Source of the DNA: Candidatus Heimdallarchaeota archaeon
GTDB lineage: Archaea > Asgardarchaeota > Heimdallarchaeia > Heimdallarchaeales > Heimdallarchaeaceae
DNA: 64,000 nucleotides
Assembly (NCBI GenBank): GCA_019057375.1
Contig: DXJF01000050.1
Location: 1 to 64,000, forward strand
Direction of reading: 5' to 3'
Shown: piece after piece, positions 27,489 to 37,062 of the stretch
How positions within the stretch are numbered: the first letter of the stretch is position 1
Layout: every line of letters starts with the position of its first letter
Position numbers and translations under genes: made by a program
Notes under the pieces: generated by a model
Told to the model about the DNA's origin: nothing
Seen by the model: only the letters and a program-made list of their open reading frames with translations
The model's database searches: none

Positions 27489-28618
27489 GTCAAAAGATGT
27501 TTATTACCAATATTCACATTAGTTAAATGTCTTGAAGCCACCTCATAGCATCTCTCTGCATGATATAAAGTGGTCAAAGGTAAATCTGAGAATTCAAAAT
27601 GGGGATAAAAACCTAATAAAGAATAAGGTATGTCAGGATTAAGTTCTGAGACGAAAGATGCAATTTTATCTACTTCATACTCGTCAATATATCCAGGAAC
27701 TAATAGTGTTGTTGCATTTAGAACAGGTAAATTAGGCCTTTCTTCAAAGAAGTTTTTTGCTACAAACTCAAAGTTCTCTAAAATTTTTTTGTTGTCTACT
27801 CCAGTTAAAGCTTTATGAACTTGAGGTGTCCATGCTTTTAGATCAAATTTAATATTCCCTCCTGATTGCAAAGATAATTGAGCAGCTTGTTTAATATATT
27901 TCTGATTTCCAAAACCGTTCCATTCCCAACAAATTCTAGCTATTCTTTTTTCTGATTTAGCTATCTCAATAATCCTCCTTGATAAGTCTAAAGCAAAGAT
28001 GAATTGTGGTTCTGGTGAGCCTCCAAAGAAACATATACATGAAACTTTAGTATTATTTTTGAAAGCTGAAACTAATACTTCAGATGATACTCTTGAACCT
28101 ATTTTCACGTTCTTATGGTTTTTATTTTGACAGAATAGACAATCAAAAGAGCATCCATAGAAAAAAATTGACAGATTATAATGCCCTAATTCCTTTCCAC
28201 TCTTATATGCATACTCAGGGTATCCATTTCCTGTTCCAGCCGGACAAAACCATGCAGCACAACAATTGCAAGGTAAAGGATCAAAATAATAATCCAAAGT
28301 AGCTAAATTCTTTGTGGATAATGAAACATATTTACCGTCCTTACTATATCTTAAACCACAATAACTGAGGTCATTATCAGAAAAACTGCATTTATGATTA
28401 CACAAATCACAAGAGAAGGAATCGCCCTTTGGAGGATAAAGTGGAAGAGAAAATTTTTCCCTTGCATGCAAATGTGCTTGTTCAATCAAATCCTGAGATT
28501 CAGCTTCATATTTAGTAAGACATGATTTACAGACACCTAGAGAAGAAGAGATTATCTCTTGTTGATTGCAAATTGTGCAAGTTTGTTGATGATGATGTCT
28601 TCTTGGTGGAACGAACAT
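27485..28618 (-). CDS. Radical SAM protein, PflA/AmmeMemoRadiSam-like with N-terminal Cys-rich domain
   Basis: GCSFDCLFCQN, FGGSPEPQ, DLKA, TTLLVPGY, LLGFYP. Confidence 0.9.
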   Translation of the reverse strand: MFVPPRRHHHQQTCTICNQQEIISSSLGVCKSCLTKYEAESQDLIEQAHLHAREKFSLPLYPPKGDSFSCDLCNHKCSFSDNDLSYCGLRYSKDGKYVSLSTKNLATLDYYFDPLPCNCCAAWFCPAGTGNGYPEYAYKSGKELGHYNLSIFFYGCSFDCLFCQNKNHKNVKIGSRVSSEVLVSAFKNNTKVSCICFFGGSPEPQFIFALDLSRRIIEIAKSEKRIARICWEWNGFGNQKYIKQAAQLSLQSGGNIKFDLKAWTPQVHKALTGVDNKKILENFEFVAKNFFEERPNLPVLNATTLLVPGYIDEYEVDKIASFVSELNPDIPYSLLGFYPHFEFSDLPLTTLYHAERCYEVASRHLTNVNIGNKHLLT

Positions 28619-28702
28619 TTGTTATTATACATAGGATTCTAAATAGTTAAGTTTACGCTTTTCTGAATAAAACTTATTTATTCAACTGTTTTTACAGTTG
28701 AT

Positions 28703-29116
28703 ATGGCATTAAGTCCTAGTGTTCACACAATAATTGTGATAATAATTAACTCAGTTCTCTTTTACATAGCTGCAGCAATAATGTGTTCAATTATGTTTAG
28801 AAGAGAAGTAAAGAAATGGAGTTGGTTGAATTTAATAATGGCTGTAGTCGCTGCTCTTGCATGGGTATTCGGTGTGAATTTCAACTTTATTGGAAGTGCA
28901 GGAGCTATTACTTTTGGAATAATTATATTTCTTATTTGCTGGATAATATGGGTATTAGGCGGAGGAATATCTGAAAGAAGAGCGATTTATGCAACATTTG
29001 GTACAATGATAATTTGGTTTACTCTAAGTTGGTTACTTCTAGTAATTCTTTATGCTTTCCAAGTTACTCTATTTAGTCCTTCAGACTTTCCAACCTTAAT
29101 TGGCTGGCTACCTTAA
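28703..29116 (+). CDS. Small 4-TM hypothetical membrane protein
   Basis: 137 aa, four hydrophobic helices. Confidence 0.7.
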   Translation: MALSPSVHTIIVIIINSVLFYIAAAIMCSIMFRREVKKWSWLNLIMAVVAALAWVFGVNFNFIGSAGAITFGIIIFLICWIIWVLGGGISERRAIYATFGTMIIWFTLSWLLLVILYAFQVTLFSPSDFPTLIGWLP

Positions 29117-29117
29117 T

Positions 29118-30569
29118 TCAACTAAAAAACTTCGAAAACTGATTAAAATCCAAGGGATAGTTCAATCTATTCCTCAACTTTCTTTCTTTGATAATTAAAT
29201 CAAATAATTTTTTCCTATTCTCAATCAAATCAGAGATGAAAAATAGCGTTTCGTCTACAATATGCTTGTTAAAGTCACATTCTATTTTATTTGGATGAAG
29301 TAGATTTTGATCATCTAATTTAACAACCCAATCCATACAGGGACCTCCACAACAACTTTGAATATAACAAGTTGAGCACTCTGTTTCTTTGTAGTTGGGT
29401 ATTTTTTTTCTCAATTTTTCAACTGCATCTTGAATATTGAAGTCAGAGATTTCAACAGATAAACCTTCATAATCAGACAAACTTGAACATGGAGATATTT
29501 CCAAAACCGAATTTACTGCATATGCAGTTTTCCCAGCAATGCATCTTTCATCCAGCTTCTGCCTTTCAATAATCCGATGGAAATATCGCACAAAATAATC
29601 AGTTGGTCCTATTTTTTCAAAAAATGAAAGAAGATTTTCATCATCCAATGAGAGCAGTTTCTTAAATAGTTTAGAAATTTCCATCTTAATATTGCTTAGT
29701 GTTTCTAACGTCCAGGGATATTCTGAATCTATTTTAACTCTTACAGGTCTCAGAGAGATGTAATCAAAATAATTTGAAAACCTAGAGTATATGTAATAGA
29801 AATTTTCGATTTTTGAATGAATAGGTATGATCAAGTGTTTTTCAATATCTAAATTAAATTTCTCAATGTTTTGAACTACATTGTTAACTTGATTCTTGTT
29901 TTCTAAATCAATAGAGACAGTTAGATGCTTGTAATCATTGATAAAATCTACGTACTCCTCTGTAACTTGCATTAAATTTGTTGAAGGTAAAAAAAGGAAT
30001 ATTGAGAATTCATATTGGTTCTTTATTTTTTCTATAAAACTTTTAATTCGCTTAAAAAGTTGAAATTTGAGGGTTAACTCTTCAGTAAAACCAATGGAAA
30101 AGCCTATAGAATCTGAAAAATTATTTCCTTTCTTATAATCTAAAATAGTTAGAATTATTTTGCTTATTTCTTCAAAATCTAATTTTGATTTGTTCTTCTT
30201 TCTCGAATCTTTTGCGTAACAGAACCAGCAGTTCAAATTGCAGTCCAAAGATGGATTCACATAAATCTGAGTTATATCTGAACTTTGATAGGAGTTATTT
30301 TCTTGGATACCTCTCTTCAACGGAACAAAGAAATTCAATTTTCTTAAGAGTTCAATATTTTCCTTTAATTTCTGCAAATAAGAATTATCAGTTCTAAAAA
30401 TTTTCTTCTCTAAAACTTGTAAATTCAGTTGTTGATTAAAGAGCTCCTTTGGAATTGAGTTTGGTTCCAAAATCCAGAAAATCTGAGATGAACAATCTAA
30501 CAAGAGACATCTGTTATTTTTGTGAATTATTCGAAAGCATGAATCATTTAAATGCATCTTTCTCAACAA
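29118..30569 (-). CDS. Radical SAM/SPASM-domain protein
   Basis: CNLNCWFC; CIAG...ISPC; CSTCYIQSCCGGPC...C. Confidence 0.88.
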   Translation of the reverse strand: MLRKMHLNDSCFRIIHKNNRCLLLDCSSQIFWILEPNSIPKELFNQQLNLQVLEKKIFRTDNSYLQKLKENIELLRKLNFFVPLKRGIQENNSYQSSDITQIYVNPSLDCNLNCWFCYAKDSRKKNKSKLDFEEISKIILTILDYKKGNNFSDSIGFSIGFTEELTLKFQLFKRIKSFIEKIKNQYEFSIFLFLPSTNLMQVTEEYVDFINDYKHLTVSIDLENKNQVNNVVQNIEKFNLDIEKHLIIPIHSKIENFYYIYSRFSNYFDYISLRPVRVKIDSEYPWTLETLSNIKMEISKLFKKLLSLDDENLLSFFEKIGPTDYFVRYFHRIIERQKLDERCIAGKTAYAVNSVLEISPCSSLSDYEGLSVEISDFNIQDAVEKLRKKIPNYKETECSTCYIQSCCGGPCMDWVVKLDDQNLLHPNKIECDFNKHIVDETLFFISDLIENRKKLFDLIIKERKLRNRLNYPLDFNQFSKFFS

Positions 30570-30754
30570 ACTGATTCGGATTCGGTTCTTTCATCATCAC
30601 TCTGAAGGAAGGCAGCGATTTTATCCAGAGCATCTTCTTTCTTCGAAAATTTACCTAAAATAGTACCAGAAATTAAATTCTTGATTACCCACCAGTCCTC
30701 GTTGTCAAGGTAAATTTCATAATCTCCGCATTGTTCTCTTTCAGACATACTCAA
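30563..30754 (-). CDS. Small acidic protein directly upstream of the rSAM/SPASM gene
   Basis: 63-aa ORF abutting/overlapping the rSAM start; protein-like composition. Confidence 0.6.
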   Translation of the reverse strand: MSMSEREQCGDYEIYLDNEDWWVIKNLISGTILGKFSKKEDALDKIAAFLQSDDERTESESVC

Positions 30755-30851
30755 TCAACTAGTGATTTTAATATCTGTATAAATGGTTTTCTTTTTCTCC
30801 TTTAGGATTATAATAATGCTTTAAAGTAAGAAAAAGAGATGTTCAGAAGTA

Positions 30852-31376
30852 ATGACTGAATCAAGCTTTAAAGTTTCACTTTGTGGAGAACCAGGAGTAG
30901 GAAAAACATCCATTGCTTTAAGACAAGCTCAAGATTCTTTTCCAGTTTCTCATCAACCTACTTTAGGATCCAATTTCCTTATTTGGAACACCACTATTGA
31001 TGGTCGAGAAATAAGGATAATTATTGGTGATTCAGGTTCACAAGAAAAGTTTCTTCCTATCTTGCCTACCTATTTCAAGGGTTCTGTCGTTGCTGCTTTA
31101 GTATTTGATATAACTAAAAAAGAAAGTTTTGACAAACTAGACTTTTGGCATGATTTATTAAAGAAAACTGTAGGTGAAATCCCAGTCGTTATTATAGGCA
31201 ATAAACTGGATTTGGAGGAATCTAGAGAGGTTACAAAGGAAGAAGCAACTCAATATGCTGAAAACACCAATACAGTCTATTTTGAGGTTTCTGCTAAGGC
31301 TAAAGTTAATCTTTTCACAGCTTTCAAGAAAATTGCTACAATTGCAATTGAAAGAGGTTCAATCACTGAAGATTAG
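30852..31376 (+). CDS. Rab/Ras-like small GTPase
   Basis: GEPGVGKT, PTLG, DSGSQ, GNKLD, EVSAK; no CAAX/CC tail. Confidence 0.95.
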   Translation: MTESSFKVSLCGEPGVGKTSIALRQAQDSFPVSHQPTLGSNFLIWNTTIDGREIRIIIGDSGSQEKFLPILPTYFKGSVVAALVFDITKKESFDKLDFWHDLLKKTVGEIPVVIIGNKLDLEESREVTKEEATQYAENTNTVYFEVSAKAKVNLFTAFKKIATIAIERGSITED

Positions 31377-31437
31377 TTTTTCGTAATTTTCATAATAATT
31401 TACGAAAAATATGTAAAAGTTGAAAAACTCTTCAACT
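31377..31437. terminator. Two adjacent inverted repeats after the GTPase gene (terminator or operator)
   Basis: TTTTTCGTAA-N13-TTACGAAAAA and AGTTGAA-N6-TTCAACT. Confidence 0.35.
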
Positions 31438-31515
31438 ATATATTGGCTATATTATAATTAAGTAAGAAAAAACAAGAAAAAATCTAGCAATTGGAGAAAA
31501 TAAGGAGAATTCTGC

Positions 31516-32712
31516 ATGGAAGATATGAGAGATATTTACAATATTCTTGTTTGTGAACTCTTGGAAAAGGAGTTGGAATTACCAATTCACTTTTTTGATG
31601 CATTGGAAACAAATGAGGCTACTTCTTCTGTAAATATCAAAAAACAATTATCTGAGCTTTTCAAAGACGTTAAATTTTCTGATTGTTTTTATGAAAAAAA
31701 TTTCATTCTTGAAGGTTTAAAACTCAATTCTTTACCCATTGAAAATTTAAAAGGTCAAGGATCGGGAATAGCATTGCTAAAAGACAAAGAAGATATCTTC
31801 TACTTCAATTTGTTTTTCTCATACTTCAATGACATTAATTTGACAAATGCATCAATTGAAACCAATAGAATTCTGGATGCTTTACAGGGAGTTGTAAAGA
31901 GAATTGAACATCAAATTGAGGATGGGGTTTTAACTCAAAATAATTCTTTAGATGAAATAGAAAAAAACCTTGAAATGTTAGGAAGGTTCTATCATTGGCA
32001 GATATGTCAAGAAGCAAGTCTTAGAGGAGGGATAGAACAATCTAGCATAACGCCAGTTATAACTTCTGCTTTGTTTATGAACACATTTATTCAGAAAGAT
32101 TTAGAACAATGTAACGGAAAATGTGGCAGTATATATTCTGATAATAGAGAAGAAATGCTCATAAGATGTGAATGTGGTGGAGAGATAGTACTAGCACCAC
32201 CATTGCTCAAAATAGAAAATGTTTCTTTTGTTTATCCAGAAAAACTTGATCAGATTGTAATATCAAAAGAGGAGATTTCACCTAAAAGAATTTTTGAATT
32301 TATCCAAAACTCATTTGTACCAAGAAGAATTATCCTACTTTTAAATCAACTTCCTGAGCTTAAACTCAATAAAAAAATATCAATTCCCTCAATTGCACAT
32401 TTTAAGATAAAAGATACTAATGATGAAGTTAGAGTTTTTTTTGAATTTGAATGCAAATCAGAAAATGAAATAACTATATTTGCATGCATAACTGACACTC
32501 GATATAAATCCTCAAATCTTATATCAGCAGTATCACTTCCAATTATTCAGAGAGATGTAAAGAATGGTATTTCAGGGGATTTTGACCCAAATAAGGTAAT
32601 CCAAAAAACAGAATTAAGGGGATGGAAAGTAACTCCTTTTGTTAAAGTTCGAGAATTGAAAAATATCGAAAATCTCGAGAGCATTTTTTCTATTTTTGGA
32701 GGAGTGGTTTAA
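31516..32712 (+). CDS. Hypothetical protein with putative Zn ribbon
   Basis: 398-aa ORF, CNGKCG...CECGG. Confidence 0.7.
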   Translation: MEDMRDIYNILVCELLEKELELPIHFFDALETNEATSSVNIKKQLSELFKDVKFSDCFYEKNFILEGLKLNSLPIENLKGQGSGIALLKDKEDIFYFNLFFSYFNDINLTNASIETNRILDALQGVVKRIEHQIEDGVLTQNNSLDEIEKNLEMLGRFYHWQICQEASLRGGIEQSSITPVITSALFMNTFIQKDLEQCNGKCGSIYSDNREEMLIRCECGGEIVLAPPLLKIENVSFVYPEKLDQIVISKEEISPKRIFEFIQNSFVPRRIILLLNQLPELKLNKKISIPSIAHFKIKDTNDEVRVFFEFECKSENEITIFACITDTRYKSSNLISAVSLPIIQRDVKNGISGDFDPNKVIQKTELRGWKVTPFVKVRELKNIENLESIFSIFGGVV

Positions 32713-34005
32713 TTGAGTGGAGACATTTTCAATACAGAGGAGCTAAAATATATTTCTAAAGATGTTGTTGAGATAGTAAATGATTTCAGTACTCTTTATT
32801 CAAATTTGGAATCAAAAATGCGTCATTTCATCTTAACACAACCTACATTTCTAAATGAACTTAGGAAAGAACTAAAAACCGAAATTGGTTTCTTATCTCC
32901 ACAGAAAAAAGATATGGCTCTAGCTATTTATGGAATTATAATCACTGATGATTTAATCAAGAAATATGAACCTCTGGTTTATGCTGAAGATATTTCAGCT
33001 CTACTTGAAGCAACTGATAAGAAAATGAGTTGCACTGATGATGAATTTGTGGGTCTATTAGCTTCCTTTGTGAATTGTATTAAAGCTGTTATGAATTCCT
33101 CTAAACACATAATTCATCATTTTATTGAATTGAGTAGTTTGAATATTGAAGATAATATAGTTCAATCTATTCTGGTTTTACGTAACTTTGTTGATGCTCT
33201 TACTGAAGCATATCTATATTTTGAAGTCGGGGAATTTTCAATTGATCTGCGTTATATCACGTCAATGTTTGCTCATGCTATAGAGAAAATAATTCAAGAA
33301 GAGGATTTTGAGAAAATACCCAAATCCACAGGAAAAATCTATCAAAAGATTATTACAAGCTATCCTATAGGTGATGAAGAAAAAGTTCTCTTTGATTTAA
33401 TTCATTTGAATCTGATTCAACCTTACTATCAAGATTTGAAAGAAACTTTTGAAAAACTGATAATAAATAGAAAGAGAGAACTTGAAGAGAAATATGTAAT
33501 TGTAAAAAAAGAGTATCAAAAACTTGATCAAATAAAAATTGACCAAGGAAGAATTGAACAGATACTAGCAGCTATTGAACAAACATTATTTGAAACTTTA
33601 AAACTTCAGAGAGAATTAACTGAAACAAAGCGTCAAAATCTCGAGAAAAACATCGAGAGAGTTCTGAAGAGATTAGCAATTGAAGAATTTGGGGTTCAAG
33701 ATATAGCAAATCAACAGAGATATATGCAATATTTACTTGAAACATGGTTCAGTATTTTTGAAGAATATCCTCAAATGGCTTTACCAATTATAGACATTCG
33801 TCAGTATGCGAAATTCGTATCTGATCCCCATGTATATATTGAAGAAAATAAGGAAACAATCATTCAACAATTAAAATTCAAAATACGTAGATCAACTAAA
33901 GGAGAAAGATTAACTCCAAGTAATCTAGGCAATGCTTTTGCAATAATCTTATTCGAATCTCTTTCTAATCCAACGGTTCAATCATTGTCCTTTGAAAAGA
34001 AATAG
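32713..34005 (+). CDS. Hypothetical alpha-helical/coiled-coil protein
   Basis: 430-aa ORF abutting the previous gene; E/K/Q-rich heptads in the C-half. Confidence 0.72.
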   Translation: MSGDIFNTEELKYISKDVVEIVNDFSTLYSNLESKMRHFILTQPTFLNELRKELKTEIGFLSPQKKDMALAIYGIIITDDLIKKYEPLVYAEDISALLEATDKKMSCTDDEFVGLLASFVNCIKAVMNSSKHIIHHFIELSSLNIEDNIVQSILVLRNFVDALTEAYLYFEVGEFSIDLRYITSMFAHAIEKIIQEEDFEKIPKSTGKIYQKIITSYPIGDEEKVLFDLIHLNLIQPYYQDLKETFEKLIINRKRELEEKYVIVKKEYQKLDQIKIDQGRIEQILAAIEQTLFETLKLQRELTETKRQNLEKNIERVLKRLAIEEFGVQDIANQQRYMQYLLETWFSIFEEYPQMALPIIDIRQYAKFVSDPHVYIEENKETIIQQLKFKIRRSTKGERLTPSNLGNAFAIILFESLSNPTVQSLSFEKK

Positions 34006-34015
34006 GTAGTAAGAA

Positions 34016-34849
34016 ATGAAAGAAGTCATCCAATATAGGGAATTATTAAATTTTGCCGAATATCCTGATTTAGAAGATATTCAACGCGATGCTTGGAAAA
34101 TGCCAGACACTGAGCTAGTCCCAAAGAGACTAATTTACGCAACTCTGAAAAGCGGAGGTGTAGTCATTGGGGCATACCTAAAAGAAGAACTTATTGGTTA
34201 TGCATGGGGGTGGATAGGAAATAAGGAACCTTATGGCATTTTTATTTATTCCCATCACAACGCTGTTAGAGAGAAATATCAAAATCAAGGGATTGGACTT
34301 CAGCTCAAATTAGAGCAAAGAAATTGGGCATTGAAAAGTGGATATAAGCTTATCAATTGGACTTTTGATCCATTACAATCAAAAAATTGTTATTTAAATT
34401 TACATAAGCTTGGAGCTACTTGTGCAATGTATAATGTAAATTATTGGGGGGAGATGAAAGATGCGCTCAATGTAGGAATGGAGACAGATCGATTATATTG
34501 TAATTGGTATCTTGATTCTGATCATGTAAAAGATTATCTTGCTCACAAACAACGAGATTTCACCGAAATTGTTTCAAATGAGAATCATTCAGTTTTAAAA
34601 ACAAGAAGAAAAGGAATATTTTTAGAAATTGCTGAAATGAATTTATCAAACCCAAATTCTCTATTAACTATCGAAATCCCAAGTAACATTATTGAATATT
34701 TAGCTAAAAATAAAAGTCTTGCAATAGAATGGAGAAACAAAACTAGAGACAGTTTTAACAATTATTTCAGTAAAGGCTATAAAATAATTGATTTTGTAAT
34801 AATGAAAGAAAATAAATCAATGAGATGTTTTCATATTCTTAAAAAGTGA
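34016..34849 (+). CDS. GNAT acyltransferase (D-amino-acid N-succinyltransferase-like)
   Basis: YSHHNAV..KYQNQGIG..LK..QR, WTFDPLQSKN..LN..KLGA, ETDRL. Confidence 0.85.
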   Translation: MKEVIQYRELLNFAEYPDLEDIQRDAWKMPDTELVPKRLIYATLKSGGVVIGAYLKEELIGYAWGWIGNKEPYGIFIYSHHNAVREKYQNQGIGLQLKLEQRNWALKSGYKLINWTFDPLQSKNCYLNLHKLGATCAMYNVNYWGEMKDALNVGMETDRLYCNWYLDSDHVKDYLAHKQRDFTEIVSNENHSVLKTRRKGIFLEIAEMNLSNPNSLLTIEIPSNIIEYLAKNKSLAIEWRNKTRDSFNNYFSKGYKIIDFVIMKENKSMRCFHILKK

Positions 34850-34904
34850 AGAGATAATATTTTATAGAGAAACTATAAATGAATTCCATAGCTAGGTTAT
34901 TAGT

Positions 34905-36002
34905 ATGAAAATAGAAAAAGCTGGTCTTTACCTAATTAAAATGAACTTACGACACCCATTCAGAACAAGTTTTGGAGAAACAAAAGAGCGTGAAATGCTA
35001 CTTGTCTGTATAGAGTCAGAAGGAGAGAAAGGTTGGGGAGAGTGTGTATCTGAGAACGGTCCTTGGTACTCTGGAGAAACCATTAGTTCTTGTACCCACA
35101 TAATTTCAGAATTCATTATACCTTGGATTAAAGAAAAGGAACTACTTCATCCTAAAGAGTTCAAGGATATCTGTAAAAGTATAAAAGGCAATCAAATGGC
35201 AAAAGCATGTGTTGAAGATGCTATTTGGGATCTTTATGGGAGACTAAATAAGAAATCTTTACAAAAATTAATTGGAGGGACAAAAGAAAAGATACCTTCA
35301 GGAATTTCATTAGGAATTCAACAAAATCCTGATATTCTTCTAGATAAGATAAAGGCAGCTCTAGAAAAAAATTATCAAAGAATTAAGATTAAAATTGAAC
35401 CAGGCTGGGATGTTGAAATAATTAAACGAATACGAGATCAGTATCCAGACTTACCTTTAATGGTAGATGCTAACAGTGCCTATAGGCTAAAAGATAAGGA
35501 CATTTTCGTTAACTTAGATAGATACAACCTAATGATGATCGAGCAACCATTACAGTATTATGATATTATCGATCATGCTTCACTTCAGAAGGAATTAGCT
35601 ACTCCATTATGCTTGGATGAATCGATAAAAAGTGTTGACGATGCAAGAGTTGCTGTTGAAATAGATGCTTGCAAAATCATTAATGTAAAACCTGCGAGAG
35701 TAGGAGGAATAACTGAAACTCTACTTATTCACGAATTATCAGAATTAGTTAAAGTTCCTTTATGGTGTGGGGGGATGTTAGAGACAGGAATAGGAAGGGC
35801 TAAGAACGTTGCAGTTGCAAGTCTGAGTACTTTTTCATTACCAAACGACATTAGTGAAAGTGCTAGATATTATACCGATTATATTATAGATCCAATCTTC
35901 GAATTGAATGATGATGGAACAATATCTGTTCCTAAAGGATTTGGAATTGGTGCTGATATACAAGAAGAAATTATTAAACAGAAGTCAATTAAAATAATGT
36001 AA
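34905..36002 (+). CDS. menC: o-succinylbenzoate synthase / N-succinylamino acid racemase (enolase superfamily)
   Basis: PFRTSFG, KIKIEPG, VDANSAY, IEQP, CLDES, KPARVGG, CGGMLETG, DIS. Confidence 0.9.
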   Translation: MKIEKAGLYLIKMNLRHPFRTSFGETKEREMLLVCIESEGEKGWGECVSENGPWYSGETISSCTHIISEFIIPWIKEKELLHPKEFKDICKSIKGNQMAKACVEDAIWDLYGRLNKKSLQKLIGGTKEKIPSGISLGIQQNPDILLDKIKAALEKNYQRIKIKIEPGWDVEIIKRIRDQYPDLPLMVDANSAYRLKDKDIFVNLDRYNLMMIEQPLQYYDIIDHASLQKELATPLCLDESIKSVDDARVAVEIDACKIINVKPARVGGITETLLIHELSELVKVPLWCGGMLETGIGRAKNVAVASLSTFSLPNDISESARYYTDYIIDPIFELNDDGTISVPKGFGIGADIQEEIIKQKSIKIM

Positions 36003-36014
36003 ATTTAGCATAAA

Positions 36015-37031
36015 TTAATCTGGTGAAAGTGTCCAAAAAAGAGCTTCTAGCATTTTTGTTTTAAACTCATAATTTGTACTAAAACTTGCAGAAAAGAAGG
36101 GTAAATCACCAATGTATCTTTGAAGACCTGTAAAGAATTTAGCATACTCACCACTTGCTTTCTCAATATTGTCTGGAAGGGAAACGACTAAAGCTATCTT
36201 AGGTTTAGACTTGAGTTTTTTTAACACTTGATAAAGAGTTGAGAATTTCTTTCCTTTAACATTTGCTAAGAGAATTAATGCACTTTGTTTATTCAAATAA
36301 TTATCCTCAACTTTCGAATCCATTACAAAACTAAACTCATGTGTTTGAGTTTTGATCACTGCTTTATCTTCTGAATAGTTGGTTTCGGTATAAGGTAAAG
36401 AACCTAATAAGGAAGCATAGTATTTCTTGATAAAACTAATATATTCTTTAGGGTAGATAACACCAATATCAGTAATAGTTTTTTTCTTTCTAGGTTTATC
36501 TTTTACTTGTAGAAAATCTATTATCTGTTCAGATAATAAATCTGCTTGCTTAAAGCTTAGGAGGTCTTGTAAAATCTTATTATAGGAGCTAATGATATCT
36601 TTTAGGAAAACTGTGTTAACTTGATTTATTTTGGAAACTTTATTAAACTTATATAAAAGAACCTTAGCTAATTCTTCTCTAAAGGTATCTATCTTTGAAA
36701 CCATCTCTGGTACAAGCATAATAATTAAACCTAGGGTTTTATTTTTCATCCTTTTATCTTTCATAGTCTTATCTTCAGCAACAAATGAGAAGGTATATTG
36801 AACAAAACCTGAAGAAAAAGCAAAAGGAAAAGGACCATAAAGCTCTGTAGACATATCCTCAAGAGTAACCATTCCTTGAAAAACTAGAGAATAAGTAACT
36901 GATCCTGAGAAGGTGAATTTATCTATAGTATTCTGATCAAATTCAACATTTCTGTCTAATACCATTTCAACTAAGTTTGGACCAACATCCTCTAATCTGA
37001 ACAAGCAAACTAGCATAAAATATAAACTCAT
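36015..37031 (-). CDS. Hypothetical: longin/uDENN-like N-domain + degenerate alpha/beta (GTPase-like) C-domain
   Basis: LFRLEDVGPNL, LYGPFP, FVAEDKTMKDKR; paralog of 7966..9036. Confidence 0.5.
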   Translation of the reverse strand: MSLYFMLVCLFRLEDVGPNLVEMVLDRNVEFDQNTIDKFTFSGSVTYSLVFQGMVTLEDMSTELYGPFPFAFSSGFVQYTFSFVAEDKTMKDKRMKNKTLGLIIMLVPEMVSKIDTFREELAKVLLYKFNKVSKINQVNTVFLKDIISSYNKILQDLLSFKQADLLSEQIIDFLQVKDKPRKKKTITDIGVIYPKEYISFIKKYYASLLGSLPYTETNYSEDKAVIKTQTHEFSFVMDSKVEDNYLNKQSALILLANVKGKKFSTLYQVLKKLKSKPKIALVVSLPDNIEKASGEYAKFFTGLQRYIGDLPFFSASFSTNYEFKTKMLEALFWTLSPD

Positions 37032-37062
37032 CCTTAGTCTTTAAAGTCTATTGATATCATTG

